Origin: a virus
Taxonomy: Duplodnaviria > Caudoviricetes
IMG/VR virus record: IMGVR_UViG_3300037851_000284
Span: 155,055-219,054 of that record
DNA: 64,000 bases
Strand: one strand, 5' to 3'
This document shows positions 48,128-57,002 of this stretch, in pieces. The notes beneath the pieces were generated by a model. The model had not been told where the DNA came from and did not search any database. It saw nothing but the letters and a program-made list of their open reading frames with translations. A program made the position numbers and the translations under genes. How positions within the stretch are numbered: the stretch's first letter is position 1; the number at the start of each line of letters is the position of its first letter.

Positions 48128-48709
48128 TTAAACGTCTTTTTCTCCAATTAATTGATCAATTTCCTTAATAAAATCATCTTCTAATTTCTTTATTTCCGTG
48201 TCTATTCTAATTTTGGTATTTTTTGCGTTATTATAAATATCTTTAATGATAGGCGGGACTTTTATATCAGCGGTATTAAGCATGCTAGTTAACGTATCTA
48301 TACGTTCAGAAACATATCTGTCATAATCTGCGGGATTCATATCCACAAAACCATTCTCTTTATAAGAACGTCTTATCTCGTCTTTAACACTAGGATGGAT
48401 TTCTTTTTTTGTCAAAATTTCTATTTCCATTAACTTATGCTCAGCAAATACCATCTGTTGTCGTAGGATACTAGTCTGTTTTGTGTTATATAATACTTCA
48501 AAGGCGGTTCTCTTAGCCATTAACAACTTAATACAATCGGAACAAGACCTTACTTTTGGCGGTTTAGGTTGTCCAAAAGTAAATTTCTTCTCCTTCCAAT
48601 TAATACCAATATTCCCAACCACAGAAATAACTACAAGCGCCAGTAATATAGCAATGACTATTAGATGAAGATAAGGAATTGCTAAAATAGCAGTACAAAT
48701 AGAGGACAT
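48128..48709 (-). CDS. Membrane-anchored coiled-coil protein
   Basis: N-terminal hydrophobic helix, CSDC motif, helical remainder. Confidence 0.55.
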   Translation of the reverse strand: MSSICTAILAIPYLHLIVIAILLALVVISVVGNIGINWKEKKFTFGQPKPPKVRSCSDCIKLLMAKRTAFEVLYNTKQTSILRQQMVFAEHKLMEIEILTKKEIHPSVKDEIRRSYKENGFVDMNPADYDRYVSERIDTLTSMLNTADIKVPPIIKDIYNNAKNTKIRIDTEIKKLEDDFIKEIDQLIGEKDV

Positions 48710-48721
48710 AATAATCCTCCT

Positions 48722-49075
48722 TTATCTGAAACGCCAAGGCGTCTCGTAAGCAAATATTCCAGTTCTAGTCCTATCTGTAGTCATATAAGACCCCATATCT
48801 CCGCTAGTAACGTAATTTATAATAACTCCGTAATTAGACAAGAAATTAGAAGTAGTTATATACACATCTTCATTTGACTTAAAACTAATATTTACTGGTA
48901 CGCTATCATTAAATGTGTAAGCTCCAGTTAAAGCGCCACTGATGGTTACAGATGCTAAAGTAAGAGTACCACTCACTGGAACATCAAATATGATATTTTG
49001 TACATTCATATTCAGTCCAGGACGGCCATCCCACCTACCACTGGCGTTAACTCCTCGTAAAACTAATGACTCCAT
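48722..49075 (-). CDS. Hypothetical beta-rich protein
   Basis: 117-aa ORF, coupled to the upstream gene. Confidence 0.55.
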   Translation of the reverse strand: MESLVLRGVNASGRWDGRPGLNMNVQNIIFDVPVSGTLTLASVTISGALTGAYTFNDSVPVNISFKSNEDVYITTSNFLSNYGVIINYVTSGDMGSYMTTDRTRTGIFAYETPWRFR

Positions 49076-49077
49076 TA

Positions 49078-49566
49078 TTATGCTCCTTCAATCTTTTTTA
49101 TAACATAGTCTTTAAATATAGGTTCGTCATATCTAAAGATTATTAACTTAAAGTTATTTTTTCTTGCAAGTCTTGCTTTTCTTTTATCTCTTTTAACTTG
49201 AAGTAAAAAATCAGACCTATCTTTATGAAAAACAGGATGTTGCTGATAGTGCTGATTTCCATTGTATTCTATTAAAAATTTTTTAGATTTGATTAAAATA
49301 TCATACTCGTATAAGACATTTTTATTAGAAAGAGCCCACATTGGATGAAAAGATGTTATTACATTAGATTTTCCATAATACTGCTCTATTAACTTTGTAA
49401 GTCTTATCTCCGTTTTATGATATTCTGCCTGATTGTACCTGCTGCCTGCTGTTCTCTTCTTAAGTCTAAAACCATTAATATCTTTATCCCATTTATATAG
49501 TTTTGAATGGGTTACACATAGTTTTTTTTGGGCAGGAAAGCCGCATATTAGACAAGTACTTGTCAC
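49078..49566 (-). CDS. Vsr/DUF559-like endonuclease with N-terminal CxxC (start probably GTG at 49566)
   Basis: CLICG...C..H; YEYDILI...LIEYNGNQHY...DKRK...FKLIIFRY. Confidence 0.7.
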   Translation of the reverse strand: MTSTCLICGFPAQKKLCVTHSKLYKWDKDINGFRLKKRTAGSRYNQAEYHKTEIRLTKLIEQYYGKSNVITSFHPMWALSNKNVLYEYDILIKSKKFLIEYNGNQHYQQHPVFHKDRSDFLLQVKRDKRKARLARKNNFKLIIFRYDEPIFKDYVIKKIEGA

Positions 49567-49584
49567 GAACTTAGTATAGTACCA

Positions 49585-49738
49585 TAAAATAAAAAGCGCC
49601 CCAGAACAGGGCGCTTCGAGGAGAAAGATTGGTGCGGAAAGGGAGGTTTTATGCACCAAGAGCTGCGTAACAGCCCTTTATTTTTAGCATAAGCCCTCCA
49701 GAAAAACGGTGCTCACTTTCTTCCGACCAAATTCTTAT
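49585..49738 (-). ncRNA. Candidate ~150-nt structured non-coding RNA
   Basis: TTGATC-16-TATAAT (49772-49745) upstream; stems UUGGUCGGAA/UUCCGCACCAA, GGAGG..UUAUG/CAUAA..CCUCC and AGGGCUG/CAGCUCU; ends in terminator GAAGCGCCC/GGGCGCTTTTT. Confidence 0.5.
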
Positions 49739-49881
49739 TTTACTATTATAGATCCATTCTTCTTAGGATCAAATTTTTTTGGAGGAGGAGCTGGTTGTTC
49801 AAAAGGTTTAACCTTCTCATCATAGCCGTGTCCTCTAAAAATTTGACCACTTTTTATTACAATAGGTTTAGATTTTGCCAT
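49735..49881 (-). CDS. 48-aa basic/Pro-rich peptide
   Basis: Manual translation MAKSKPIVIKSGQIFRGHGYDEKVKPFEQPAPPPKKFDPKKNGSIIVK*; ATG overlaps the upstream TAA. Confidence 0.55.
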   Translation of the reverse strand: MAKSKPIVIKSGQIFRGHGYDEKVKPFEQPAPPPKKFDPKKNGSIIVK

Positions 49882-50333
49882 TAGCCCTCCAGCTTAATAC
49901 CAAAGTCGGTTATCTTGTCCATAAGAGATTCTTTAGTTCTAGCTAACAGCTTATCTCTATCAGGACACTGTAGTTTATTATCAGTACAATGCTTAATTAT
50001 TGCGTCTACTAACTTAACATTCTCTGTTAATGCTACTTGTCCAAGATACTGAACCACTTGGTCGTTCTGTTTAATCTTCTGACCAATACCTTTAATATAA
50101 TTCGTGTCTGAGGTACCAAAAGATTTTCTCTCTACGGTGCCGTTATCATTCATCTGTTCGTATGCAACGTACACGCCACCTTTATATATATCTCCGCTAA
50201 TGGCACCTTTAAACGGAGCATTAGCACCCATAGATATACTAACCACTTTATTATTCTTAGTGATATCCTTACCGTCTACTTTCAAAGTAGTTCCAGTAAG
50301 AGTTCCATCAGTCGTTATAATTATTTCAGCCAT
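49881..50333 (-). CDS. Hypothetical protein
   Basis: 150-aa ORF with a GAGG RBS. Confidence 0.6.
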   Translation of the reverse strand: MAEIIITTDGTLTGTTLKVDGKDITKNNKVVSISMGANAPFKGAISGDIYKGGVYVAYEQMNDNGTVERKSFGTSDTNYIKGIGQKIKQNDQVVQYLGQVALTENVKLVDAIIKHCTDNKLQCPDRDKLLARTKESLMDKITDFGIKLEG

Positions 50334-50427
50334 TATATTCCTCTCATTACTTGTCTAAAAAATAGATTAACCATAGCAAAAGCCAAGGCTTTAGCTAAAG
50401 TTATTAGTATATACTTATATATATAGT

Positions 50428-50637
50428 TCATTTTATATTCTCCATGTTTATGAAAGATTCGTCACTCAACTCGTCCCAACCTTGAGTCTCTAGATCATCC
50501 CTCGACTTCACTTTTTTAGGTAATTTCTTAAAACTGCCTTTACCTTGGGATTTTTCTTGTTCTTTAGCCCATCTCTTAGCCATTTTTGGCTTATTCTTGA
50601 ACATCCATCGAATTTGTTGTTTAGATTTGAAAGGCAT
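50428..50637 (-). CDS. Small basic phage protein (MPFKSK.Q.RWM type)
   Basis: N-terminal MPFKSKQQIRWMFKNKPKMAKRWAKE pattern, recalled from small phage hypothetical proteins. Confidence 0.55.
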   Translation of the reverse strand: MPFKSKQQIRWMFKNKPKMAKRWAKEQEKSQGKGSFKKLPKKVKSRDDLETQGWDELSDESFINMENIK

Positions 50638-51152
50638 TATTTAACTCCGGTACTCCCAAGACCTCCACCACGGTCTAATCCAGGAAGTTCTTGTACTACA
50701 TCGATATCTACTTGTAGAATAGGGCTAATTATAAGCTGGGCAATTCTTTCATTTAGCTTTACTATCTGGTTCTTTCTAGATAAATTAATTAATATTATGC
50801 ATAACTCGTCTTTATATTCTGGGTCTATCGTTCCTGGAGTGTTTAATACAGTTAGACCATTATTAAGCGCCAACCCACTTCTAGGACGAACCTGAATCTC
50901 ATAACCAATGCCTACAGTAACCTTAAGACCAGTACCTATTAGTACTCTATCATGACTGGATAGTTCTATACTGTGATCAATTACAAATTTCTTGAGGGGT
51001 TCTCCTTCAAAACTTCTCTCAAAGTTGCTATCGTGATTCTGAAAGTATTTCTTAAAACTATATCCGTATACATCAAATCCTGCATCAGTAGGATTCTTTT
51101 TCTCAGGCAATTTTACGTCAGGATATAGTTTTACTACTTTTAATGTTTCCAT
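50637..51152 (-). CDS. dut: dUTP diphosphatase (trimeric)
   Basis: Motifs AGFDV, VRPRSGLA, GTIDPEYK, ERIAQLI, RGGGLGSTG. Confidence 0.95.
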   Translation of the reverse strand: METLKVVKLYPDVKLPEKKNPTDAGFDVYGYSFKKYFQNHDSNFERSFEGEPLKKFVIDHSIELSSHDRVLIGTGLKVTVGIGYEIQVRPRSGLALNNGLTVLNTPGTIDPEYKDELCIILINLSRKNQIVKLNERIAQLIISPILQVDIDVVQELPGLDRGGGLGSTGVK

Positions 51153-51315
51153 TTCTTTCTCCTATTATCTATGTGTTAATCTTGCTATCCAATGTTGTAT
51201 TCTTTGAATAATAATCGCTAATAATTTAGGCACTCTAAATAAATCTTTTCCTTTTGGAGTTACTAAAGTGCCATCGTCTTTAACTCCCATTAGTCCTATA
51301 AACATATAATCTCCT

Positions 51316-54135
51316 TTATTTAATATCGCAGCCTTCCTTACTTGAACAAGCATAAGTTTTAGCCACTTCGGTCTTATCTCCAGCTATTTTCTCATATTCT
51401 CCCAATACCGTAAAGTCTAGTTTAGGAAACTTTTTAATAAGTCTCTCGTATTTCTCTTCTGTAATTTCTTCATACGGAGCTAATTCATACTTATGGTCGT
51501 TTATGGGTAAGAAACTTATGCCGACTATCTCATCAAAATGGTCATATACCCAAGCTCCTATCTTAATCCACTCATCCCTTCTAACATAAACTGTGTTAGA
51601 TACATTATGAGTACTCCAGTTCTTCTGGACTTTTAAGTACCAATTAAGCTGGTCCATACTGCTCCAATTATGAGTAGTGATAGCCTTATCAGGAGCTTTA
51701 ATAGGGAATTCTACTACCATAGTAGTAGCATTATCTTCAGTCTGACCAACTTCGGGCTTATAATCTATTCCTTGGTCTTTCATTAGATGAAATAGAGGAT
51801 CTGAACTAGATATTCTATATCTTCTTATATAAAATTTACTATATCTAGGATGACAACCAGAGGAACTATCCACTACTTGACTTACGGTTCCGCTAGGCTT
51901 AGTACAAGTATAAGCTTTTGGAACAGAGACTTTTAATATCTCCGAAGCATGCTTTGCTACCTTAATTACAACCTTTTTTAACTGTTGTAATATCTTTTCG
52001 GATAATATTTCATGATTATCCAACTGACCGGTAAGACTGACTCCTATTAATCTTTCTTCTTCGCAATTTTTCTTCCATTCTGGTCTTAAGAATGGAAAAT
52101 GAGTAAAGGTCCCTTGAATGACTCCTAGCCATGTTGCTGTAGTCACCTTCTCAACTAAGTCTCCTATGTCGTCGTCCTCTCGTATGACAGCTTCTGAAAG
52201 GTTACACATCTGATACGGTCTTAAAATAATTTCACTACAAGGGTTGAATCTCATGTCTTTTGTGAACTTACGATCCTTACAAATACTATCTAGATTACTG
52301 ACATTTATAATTCCCCTCTCTCCAGACCCAGATTCAGCGAGAGCGCTCCATTCTTTAAGGAAAGTAATAGTATCCGGCTTCTCTTTATAAGCGACGCTAT
52401 TATTAGCCATAAATCTATGCGGAGGAATAGGAAAGTCTTTAGCGTGCCTCATTAATTCATCCTCTAGGTCACTAAAGGATATCATGGCGCTCCTTCGAGT
52501 TCCGCCGACTACCACTACTTCAGCAACTTTACAACAAACGTCATGACATTCTAGAGACGTTAACTTCCTACCTTTAGCATTTAATATAATATCCTTTGAA
52601 AACTCCATTAGTGCCTCAAGAGGTTCAGGTCCACTAGACCTACCTCCCATGGTCTTCAACGGCGCACCATATGGTCTTAGACGACTATAATCAAATCTTA
52701 CATCTTCTCCATTAAACCACGTTTCAAGACCAAATTGGAAAGCTTTAGCCCATCCTTCTCGGGAGTCCTCTATTATATAGTCATCTCTTCTTTGTGACGT
52801 AGGGTGCTTAACTACTGGCAGATATTTAATATTCTCTTGTTCTACTGAAAAACCAGCTCCAGTACCACACATAAGAATATATAGTAATTCGCTGAATGAT
52901 CTAATACTATTTATCGGTAGATAACTGCAATTTCCAGTGGTTAGACCAAAATCTAACACAAAACTGTGGTCGTCTTCTACTTCAAGACACCACACTTTTT
53001 CGTTGGTTTCTTTGTGAGCAGGATATGTTAAACTTTCTACAACAAATCTCATATTATCAGAAGTTATTAAAGAATTATTTATATGAAATTTAATAGTTTT
53101 TGGTCTGATTCCATAATTAGTAACCTGTCCTGTTAAATCTTCTTCTCTAATAATATATTGTCCAACCGAACCAAATACTTTTCTAATAAACTCAATATGG
53201 TCTTCTTCTGAAGATTGAATAGATTTATATTTTCTATTTTCTTTACCCCAGTTATTATTCTTTTCTCCATCAGCAGAAAGATAACCATCAACAAATGCTC
53301 TGGTTAATTTTATACCGTCGATAGTAATATCTGGACACGTTTTTAAATAAGAACCAGTATAAACAAATATATCTCCATTTAAAGATAAATTAGTAGAAGT
53401 TTTAAACCCTACTTCTTCAAAACGACTTTGATAAGATTGTGCATCTTTTCCACATAGTCTAACCATCGAATATTTATATTCGTTTTTATATTTAACTTTG
53501 GTTCCATTACCATAAACATATCCATAACACCAATAAATTTTTTCTCCTGGAGTCGCAGAATCAAAGTCAAAATTAGAATATATATCTGATGCAGCCAATA
53601 AAGAGTCTCCACAATTTAGATTAGTAGTAGACTCTTTGTTTGCTTTAATCCATCTATGGTTTTTAGTTGCGCGAACAGAATATTTAGATTTTCCTCTATG
53701 AAAAACAATAGTTTGTAATTCTTGTTCTCCATAATCTTTAACTATAGCTTTTTTCCAATTACCTTCGTGGGTTAATACTGTAATTTCGTCACCATATTTA
53801 AAATCTTCAAAAGATTTAACTCCTTCAGAAGTAATAAATTTAGTTTCTTTTCCAAAACAGTTATATAAACATACGTTATCCTTCTTAGCGGCGGTACCCG
53901 CAGTTGCGACCAGTCTCATAGAAGGCATAACATTAAAACTAGTCATACCTTCCTCTATAGAAGTCCAGACCTTATTAGGTATTCTATCAGCATGTCTAGT
54001 TTCAGTCTTAAGAAAATTAATAACTCTATCAACTACTTCCTTCCAGTTTTCTCTTCTATTCTGGTCAGGAAGCCAACGACAATACGATCTTAACGCAACA
54101 AATTCACTAGCAACACTTGGGTATTTAATAGGCAT
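51316..54135 (-). CDS. nrdJ: Class II (adenosylcobalamin-dependent) monomeric ribonucleotide reductase with intein
   Basis: MPSMR...YNC, GGTRRSAMI, FNPCSEI...CNLSE, KPSGTVSQ, C-terminal CSSKEGC; no small-subunit gene adjacent. Confidence 0.92.
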   Translation of the reverse strand: MPIKYPSVASEFVALRSYCRWLPDQNRRENWKEVVDRVINFLKTETRHADRIPNKVWTSIEEGMTSFNVMPSMRLVATAGTAAKKDNVCLYNCFGKETKFITSEGVKSFEDFKYGDEITVLTHEGNWKKAIVKDYGEQELQTIVFHRGKSKYSVRATKNHRWIKANKESTTNLNCGDSLLAASDIYSNFDFDSATPGEKIYWCYGYVYGNGTKVKYKNEYKYSMVRLCGKDAQSYQSRFEEVGFKTSTNLSLNGDIFVYTGSYLKTCPDITIDGIKLTRAFVDGYLSADGEKNNNWGKENRKYKSIQSSEEDHIEFIRKVFGSVGQYIIREEDLTGQVTNYGIRPKTIKFHINNSLITSDNMRFVVESLTYPAHKETNEKVWCLEVEDDHSFVLDFGLTTGNCSYLPINSIRSFSELLYILMCGTGAGFSVEQENIKYLPVVKHPTSQRRDDYIIEDSREGWAKAFQFGLETWFNGEDVRFDYSRLRPYGAPLKTMGGRSSGPEPLEALMEFSKDIILNAKGRKLTSLECHDVCCKVAEVVVVGGTRRSAMISFSDLEDELMRHAKDFPIPPHRFMANNSVAYKEKPDTITFLKEWSALAESGSGERGIINVSNLDSICKDRKFTKDMRFNPCSEIILRPYQMCNLSEAVIREDDDIGDLVEKVTTATWLGVIQGTFTHFPFLRPEWKKNCEEERLIGVSLTGQLDNHEILSEKILQQLKKVVIKVAKHASEILKVSVPKAYTCTKPSGTVSQVVDSSSGCHPRYSKFYIRRYRISSSDPLFHLMKDQGIDYKPEVGQTEDNATTMVVEFPIKAPDKAITTHNWSSMDQLNWYLKVQKNWSTHNVSNTVYVRRDEWIKIGAWVYDHFDEIVGISFLPINDHKYELAPYEEITEEKYERLIKKFPKLDFTVLGEYEKIAGDKTEVAKTYACSSKEGCDIK
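52930..53859 (-). mobile_element. Intein (310 aa) in NrdJ
   Basis: Junctions VCLYN|CFGKETKF ... FGLTTGN|CSYLP; block B ATKNHRW; LAGLIDADG-like CYGYVYGNG and FVDGYLSADG. Confidence 0.93.
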
Positions 54136-54171
54136 TTCTTTCTCCTCAGAAAGGAATAAAACTAATATACA

Positions 54172-54200
54172 AATATAATATATTTCATCAAAAAAGTCAA
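54172..54200 (-). promoter_or_regulatory. Sigma70-type promoter upstream of nrdJ
   Basis: TTGACT-17-TATATT; near-identical context to the promoter at 56014-56042. Confidence 0.7.
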
Positions 54201-54390
54201 GTTATTTCTTCTTTTTCTTATTCTTATTTTTCTTACTTTTTGTTATAGTTTCTGCTTGTTCTCTCTGGTTTTTATGTGTCTTTCTCATCTCCTGTTTAGT
54301 AATTACAGGAAGATCGCTGCTAATAACTAGGTCCTTCAAATCATCACTCATAATTATCTCCTTTATAAGGGAGGCTTACCCTCCCTCATA

Positions 54391-54603
54391 TTAAATGCTT
54401 TTTATTAACAACTCAACAGCTGCTACAAGAGCATCATATAGTTTAGTAACTATCTCTTCTTGTACTTCTCCAGCCACTGGTAATGTTACGGATTTCATTA
54501 TCTTATTAATTACATCCGCTTTCTGTTGCTTCAATTCCTCTAATATCAGGTTTGTTATTACCTTCTTCAGAGGGGCCGTCAAAAACTTCATTACTTTGTT
54601 CAT
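54391..54603 (-). CDS. 70-aa amphipathic protein
   Basis: GGAGG RBS then ATG at 54603 (MNKVMKFLTAP...). Confidence 0.55.
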   Translation of the reverse strand: MNKVMKFLTAPLKKVITNLILEELKQQKADVINKIMKSVTLPVAGEVQEEIVTKLYDALVAAVELLIKSI

Positions 54604-55015
54604 TTGGGTCCTCCAAGTTATATATACTTCTAGCATGAGCCATCATGGATTTAAACTCACCGTAACTCATACGATTAGTATCTGCCGGAAAGGTCTTATT
54701 AACTACAATACTGTTAGTAAGACATTCACACAACGCTACTTCCAATGGTAATCTCGTGCTGTCTTTGCTATAATATCCTTTAAATCCTCTTCCATAACAA
54801 CGGCGGCACCCCGCCTTTGGTTTTGAAAATATAGTAAGGTCATCATCTGATATCTTAACCTTATGAGCATCTATAAACTTCTCTTTTTCCTTCTTCTTAA
54901 TATCATCCCAATCGGCCTGTATATCCATCTTATCATCTATTCTAGATGCATCATTATCGCGGGTTAGACCAAGAGAATAACCAGAACCGGTAATAATACT
55001 AGGATTATATGTCAT
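54506..55015 (-). CDS. Hypothetical protein with a DnaJ-like Cys motif
   Basis: CRRCYGRG...CEC. Confidence 0.6.
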   Translation of the reverse strand: MTYNPSIITGSGYSLGLTRDNDASRIDDKMDIQADWDDIKKKEKEKFIDAHKVKISDDDLTIFSKPKAGCRRCYGRGFKGYYSKDSTRLPLEVALCECLTNSIVVNKTFPADTNRMSYGEFKSMMAHARSIYNLEDPNEQSNEVFDGPSEEGNNKPDIRGIEATESGCN

Positions 55016-55323
55016 CTTTTCCTTACCTTTCTTCTTTTTCTTAAAAATTTTTTACTTTCCTCACTTATAATTACCAAATTAGGAACAAATCCTTCGGTTA
55101 GCACAAATTCACATAAATTATAAATATCGTTAAAGCACAAGTCTCTTCTCGTTTCATTACTAAACCAAGCAGGAGCAGAAGTTATATCAACCGCATATTC
55201 TGATAAAAATAAAACCTCTTCCGCTCTACTAGATATGACTCCAGAACCGGTAATTACGACTTTACTATTATCCGGCTTGGAGGCAGGTACAGAATATGGT
55301 CTATCTCTTAATAAAATACTCAT
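55012..55323 (-). CDS. Hypothetical protein
   Basis: 103 aa, ATGA-coupled, basic C-terminus. Confidence 0.55.
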   Translation of the reverse strand: MSILLRDRPYSVPASKPDNSKVVITGSGVISSRAEEVLFLSEYAVDITSAPAWFSNETRRDLCFNDIYNLCEFVLTEGFVPNLVIISEESKKFLRKRRKVRKR

Positions 55324-55931
55324 TAATAATCCTCATCATAAGTATCAATAGGAAGGTCTATTCTTATACTTCTCTCTCTTATTGGAAAATTACCATTAAA
55401 AGCGCTAGCCAAGGTAATAATACTATTACTTAAATCACATGTAGCATTACCTCCAAGAGTGAGACTATTAGCTGTAATACTTATATTATTACCAGCTATT
55501 AATCTAATATTACTATTATCAGTAATAGTAATATCATGTGCATTTACGTCTATATCCATATTACATATCCCATCACCATCTATAATCACGTTTTCATTAT
55601 ATCTAGGAACATGGTTTAGACTCCAATTACTGATATTACTCCAATAACTATTATAATTACCAGTCCACCTATTATTAATATATCTTTCTGTACTATAATT
55701 CCAACTACCAGACAAAGTCCAAAAAGCTGTAGATGTATTCCTATTAATATAACCACTAGTTGCTACATCTACAGATGGAGTGGTCAAGCGAGGAATAGTA
55801 AACGACTCCCTAATAACAGAAATGGGAGGAACTGATAAAGTAGCGCCGCTTGAAAGCTTATCTTCCTTCTTCTCCGGCTCACATTTATCTCTCAATAAAA
55901 TTCCCATTACTTCTTCCTCCAAGGGAACCAT
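55323..55931 (-). CDS. Hypothetical protein carrying a W.G...W....NWS..HVP adhesin-type motif
   Basis: RWTGNYNSYWSNISNWSLNHVP followed by beta-helix-like rungs. Confidence 0.55.
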   Translation of the reverse strand: MVPLEEEVMGILLRDKCEPEKKEDKLSSGATLSVPPISVIRESFTIPRLTTPSVDVATSGYINRNTSTAFWTLSGSWNYSTERYINNRWTGNYNSYWSNISNWSLNHVPRYNENVIIDGDGICNMDIDVNAHDITITDNSNIRLIAGNNISITANSLTLGGNATCDLSNSIITLASAFNGNFPIRERSIRIDLPIDTYDEDY

Positions 55932-56013
55932 CTCATATAAATATACAATAATATTTTAATTATAAACTGGTGTAAAACCTTCATGACTTCTCCTCTAGAA
56001 GTGTAGGTATATA

Positions 56014-56042
56014 AATATAATATATTACCGATAAAAAGTCAA
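56014..56042 (-). promoter_or_regulatory. Sigma70-type promoter driving the leftward block
   Basis: TTGACT-17-TATATT, within CTTGACTTTTT...AATATATTATATTT. Confidence 0.7.
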
Positions 56043-56318
56043 GAAAAATTTTATAAAAAGGCCTTCGCGCGTAAATTTTCTATAAAAATTCTATAAAACA
56101 ATGATATACAATATTTTCCTTAGATTTTTCCTAAAATAAGCGTTTTTTATAAAAATTTTGGCGGAATTTGGTTTAGTGATAAAATAGCTGAAAAAGAGTG
56201 TTTATTAGAGAAAAAGGGTATGAGTACGAGGTATCTTTATTTCATGAAATTTGAAATTTAGAAAGTTACGAGGTCACTGGGGTCATTTTATATCACTTAA
56301 CCTTTTTCAAGGAGGTCT

Positions 56319-56393
56319 TATGTATTGGTTGATTCTTTTTGCTTTTGTGGCTTGTTTTGTGTTATATATTAAGTTTTTTGTTACTATACGTTA
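56319..56393 (+). CDS. 24-aa hydrophobic peptide
   Basis: AGGAGG RBS; MYWLILFAFVACFVLYIKFFVTIR*. Confidence 0.5.
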
Positions 56394-56731
56394 GTAACAA
56401 GTATTAAAGTGTTATGTTAGCCCAATATACAGGGATATGTATATATTAACTAATTATTAATCTTATTATTAGGAGGATCATCATGTATACAGTAAAACTT
56501 GTTGGTCGTTTGCTTATTGTTAGTAACAGCAACGGTATGGTTGGACGTATGCGCAAATATACATCTAGACAGATGGCTATTAATAAGTTCTTTATTATAG
56601 CTGAGTATCTAGATAATAAGGGACTCTTATCCAGTGCTTCATGTATTGAGGCATAGTACTATATAGTCGGCCTTAGTATGCAAGGCACGCATACATTACC
56701 ATAATAACTCGTAGTTATATAGGAGGTTAGT

Positions 56732-56926
56732 ATGTCTAAGTATCTTGTACACTGTGATGGTTGTGGTATGCCTACTGTTGTTGATAGCCCTTATAATTTC
56801 ACTTGTACTAATTGTGGTTATCAGACATGCACTATTGATGAGAAACCTACACCTGTTATCGGCAAAGAACTTGCTGATTTCTGGGAAGATGTCTGGCTTA
56901 ATGGTTCCGACAAAGTCCAGGAGTAG
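56732..56926 (+). CDS. Zinc-ribbon mini-protein
   Basis: GGAGG RBS; CDGC...CTNC. Confidence 0.65.
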   Translation: MSKYLVHCDGCGMPTVVDSPYNFTCTNCGYQTCTIDEKPTPVIGKELADFWEDVWLNGSDKVQE

Positions 56927-56932
56927 AGTCAT

Positions 56933-56975
56933 CGTAAGTTTATGATAGTTCTTACGTTAAAAGAAAAACTATCGT
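56933..56975 (+). promoter_or_regulatory. H-type pseudoknot motif, copy 1 (leader of the 450-aa gene)
   Basis: S1 CGTAAG(56933-38)/CTTACG(56951-56); S2 ATGATAGTT(56942-50)/AACTATCGT(56967-75). Confidence 0.6.
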
Positions 56976-57002
56976 TGCGATAAAAACTTTATAGGAGGTT
57001 TT

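Noticed and set aside
49567-49659. N-terminal extension of the 193-aa ORF (TTG start at 49659)
   Set aside because: It runs through the structured RNA and terminator; GTG at 49566 just before the CxxC motif is more plausible.
49585-49738. Naming the RNA as 6S, RNase P or tmRNA
   Set aside because: No symmetric central bubble, no GAGGAAAGUCC, no tRNA-like ends or tag ORF; kept only as an unclassified candidate.
559-55647. The many short plus-strand ORFs in the track (e.g. 771-1073, 2319-2753, 33257-33601, 41482-41796)
   Set aside because: They are antisense shadows of long minus-strand genes, lack RBS and have the Ile/Ser/Phe-rich composition of reverse frames.
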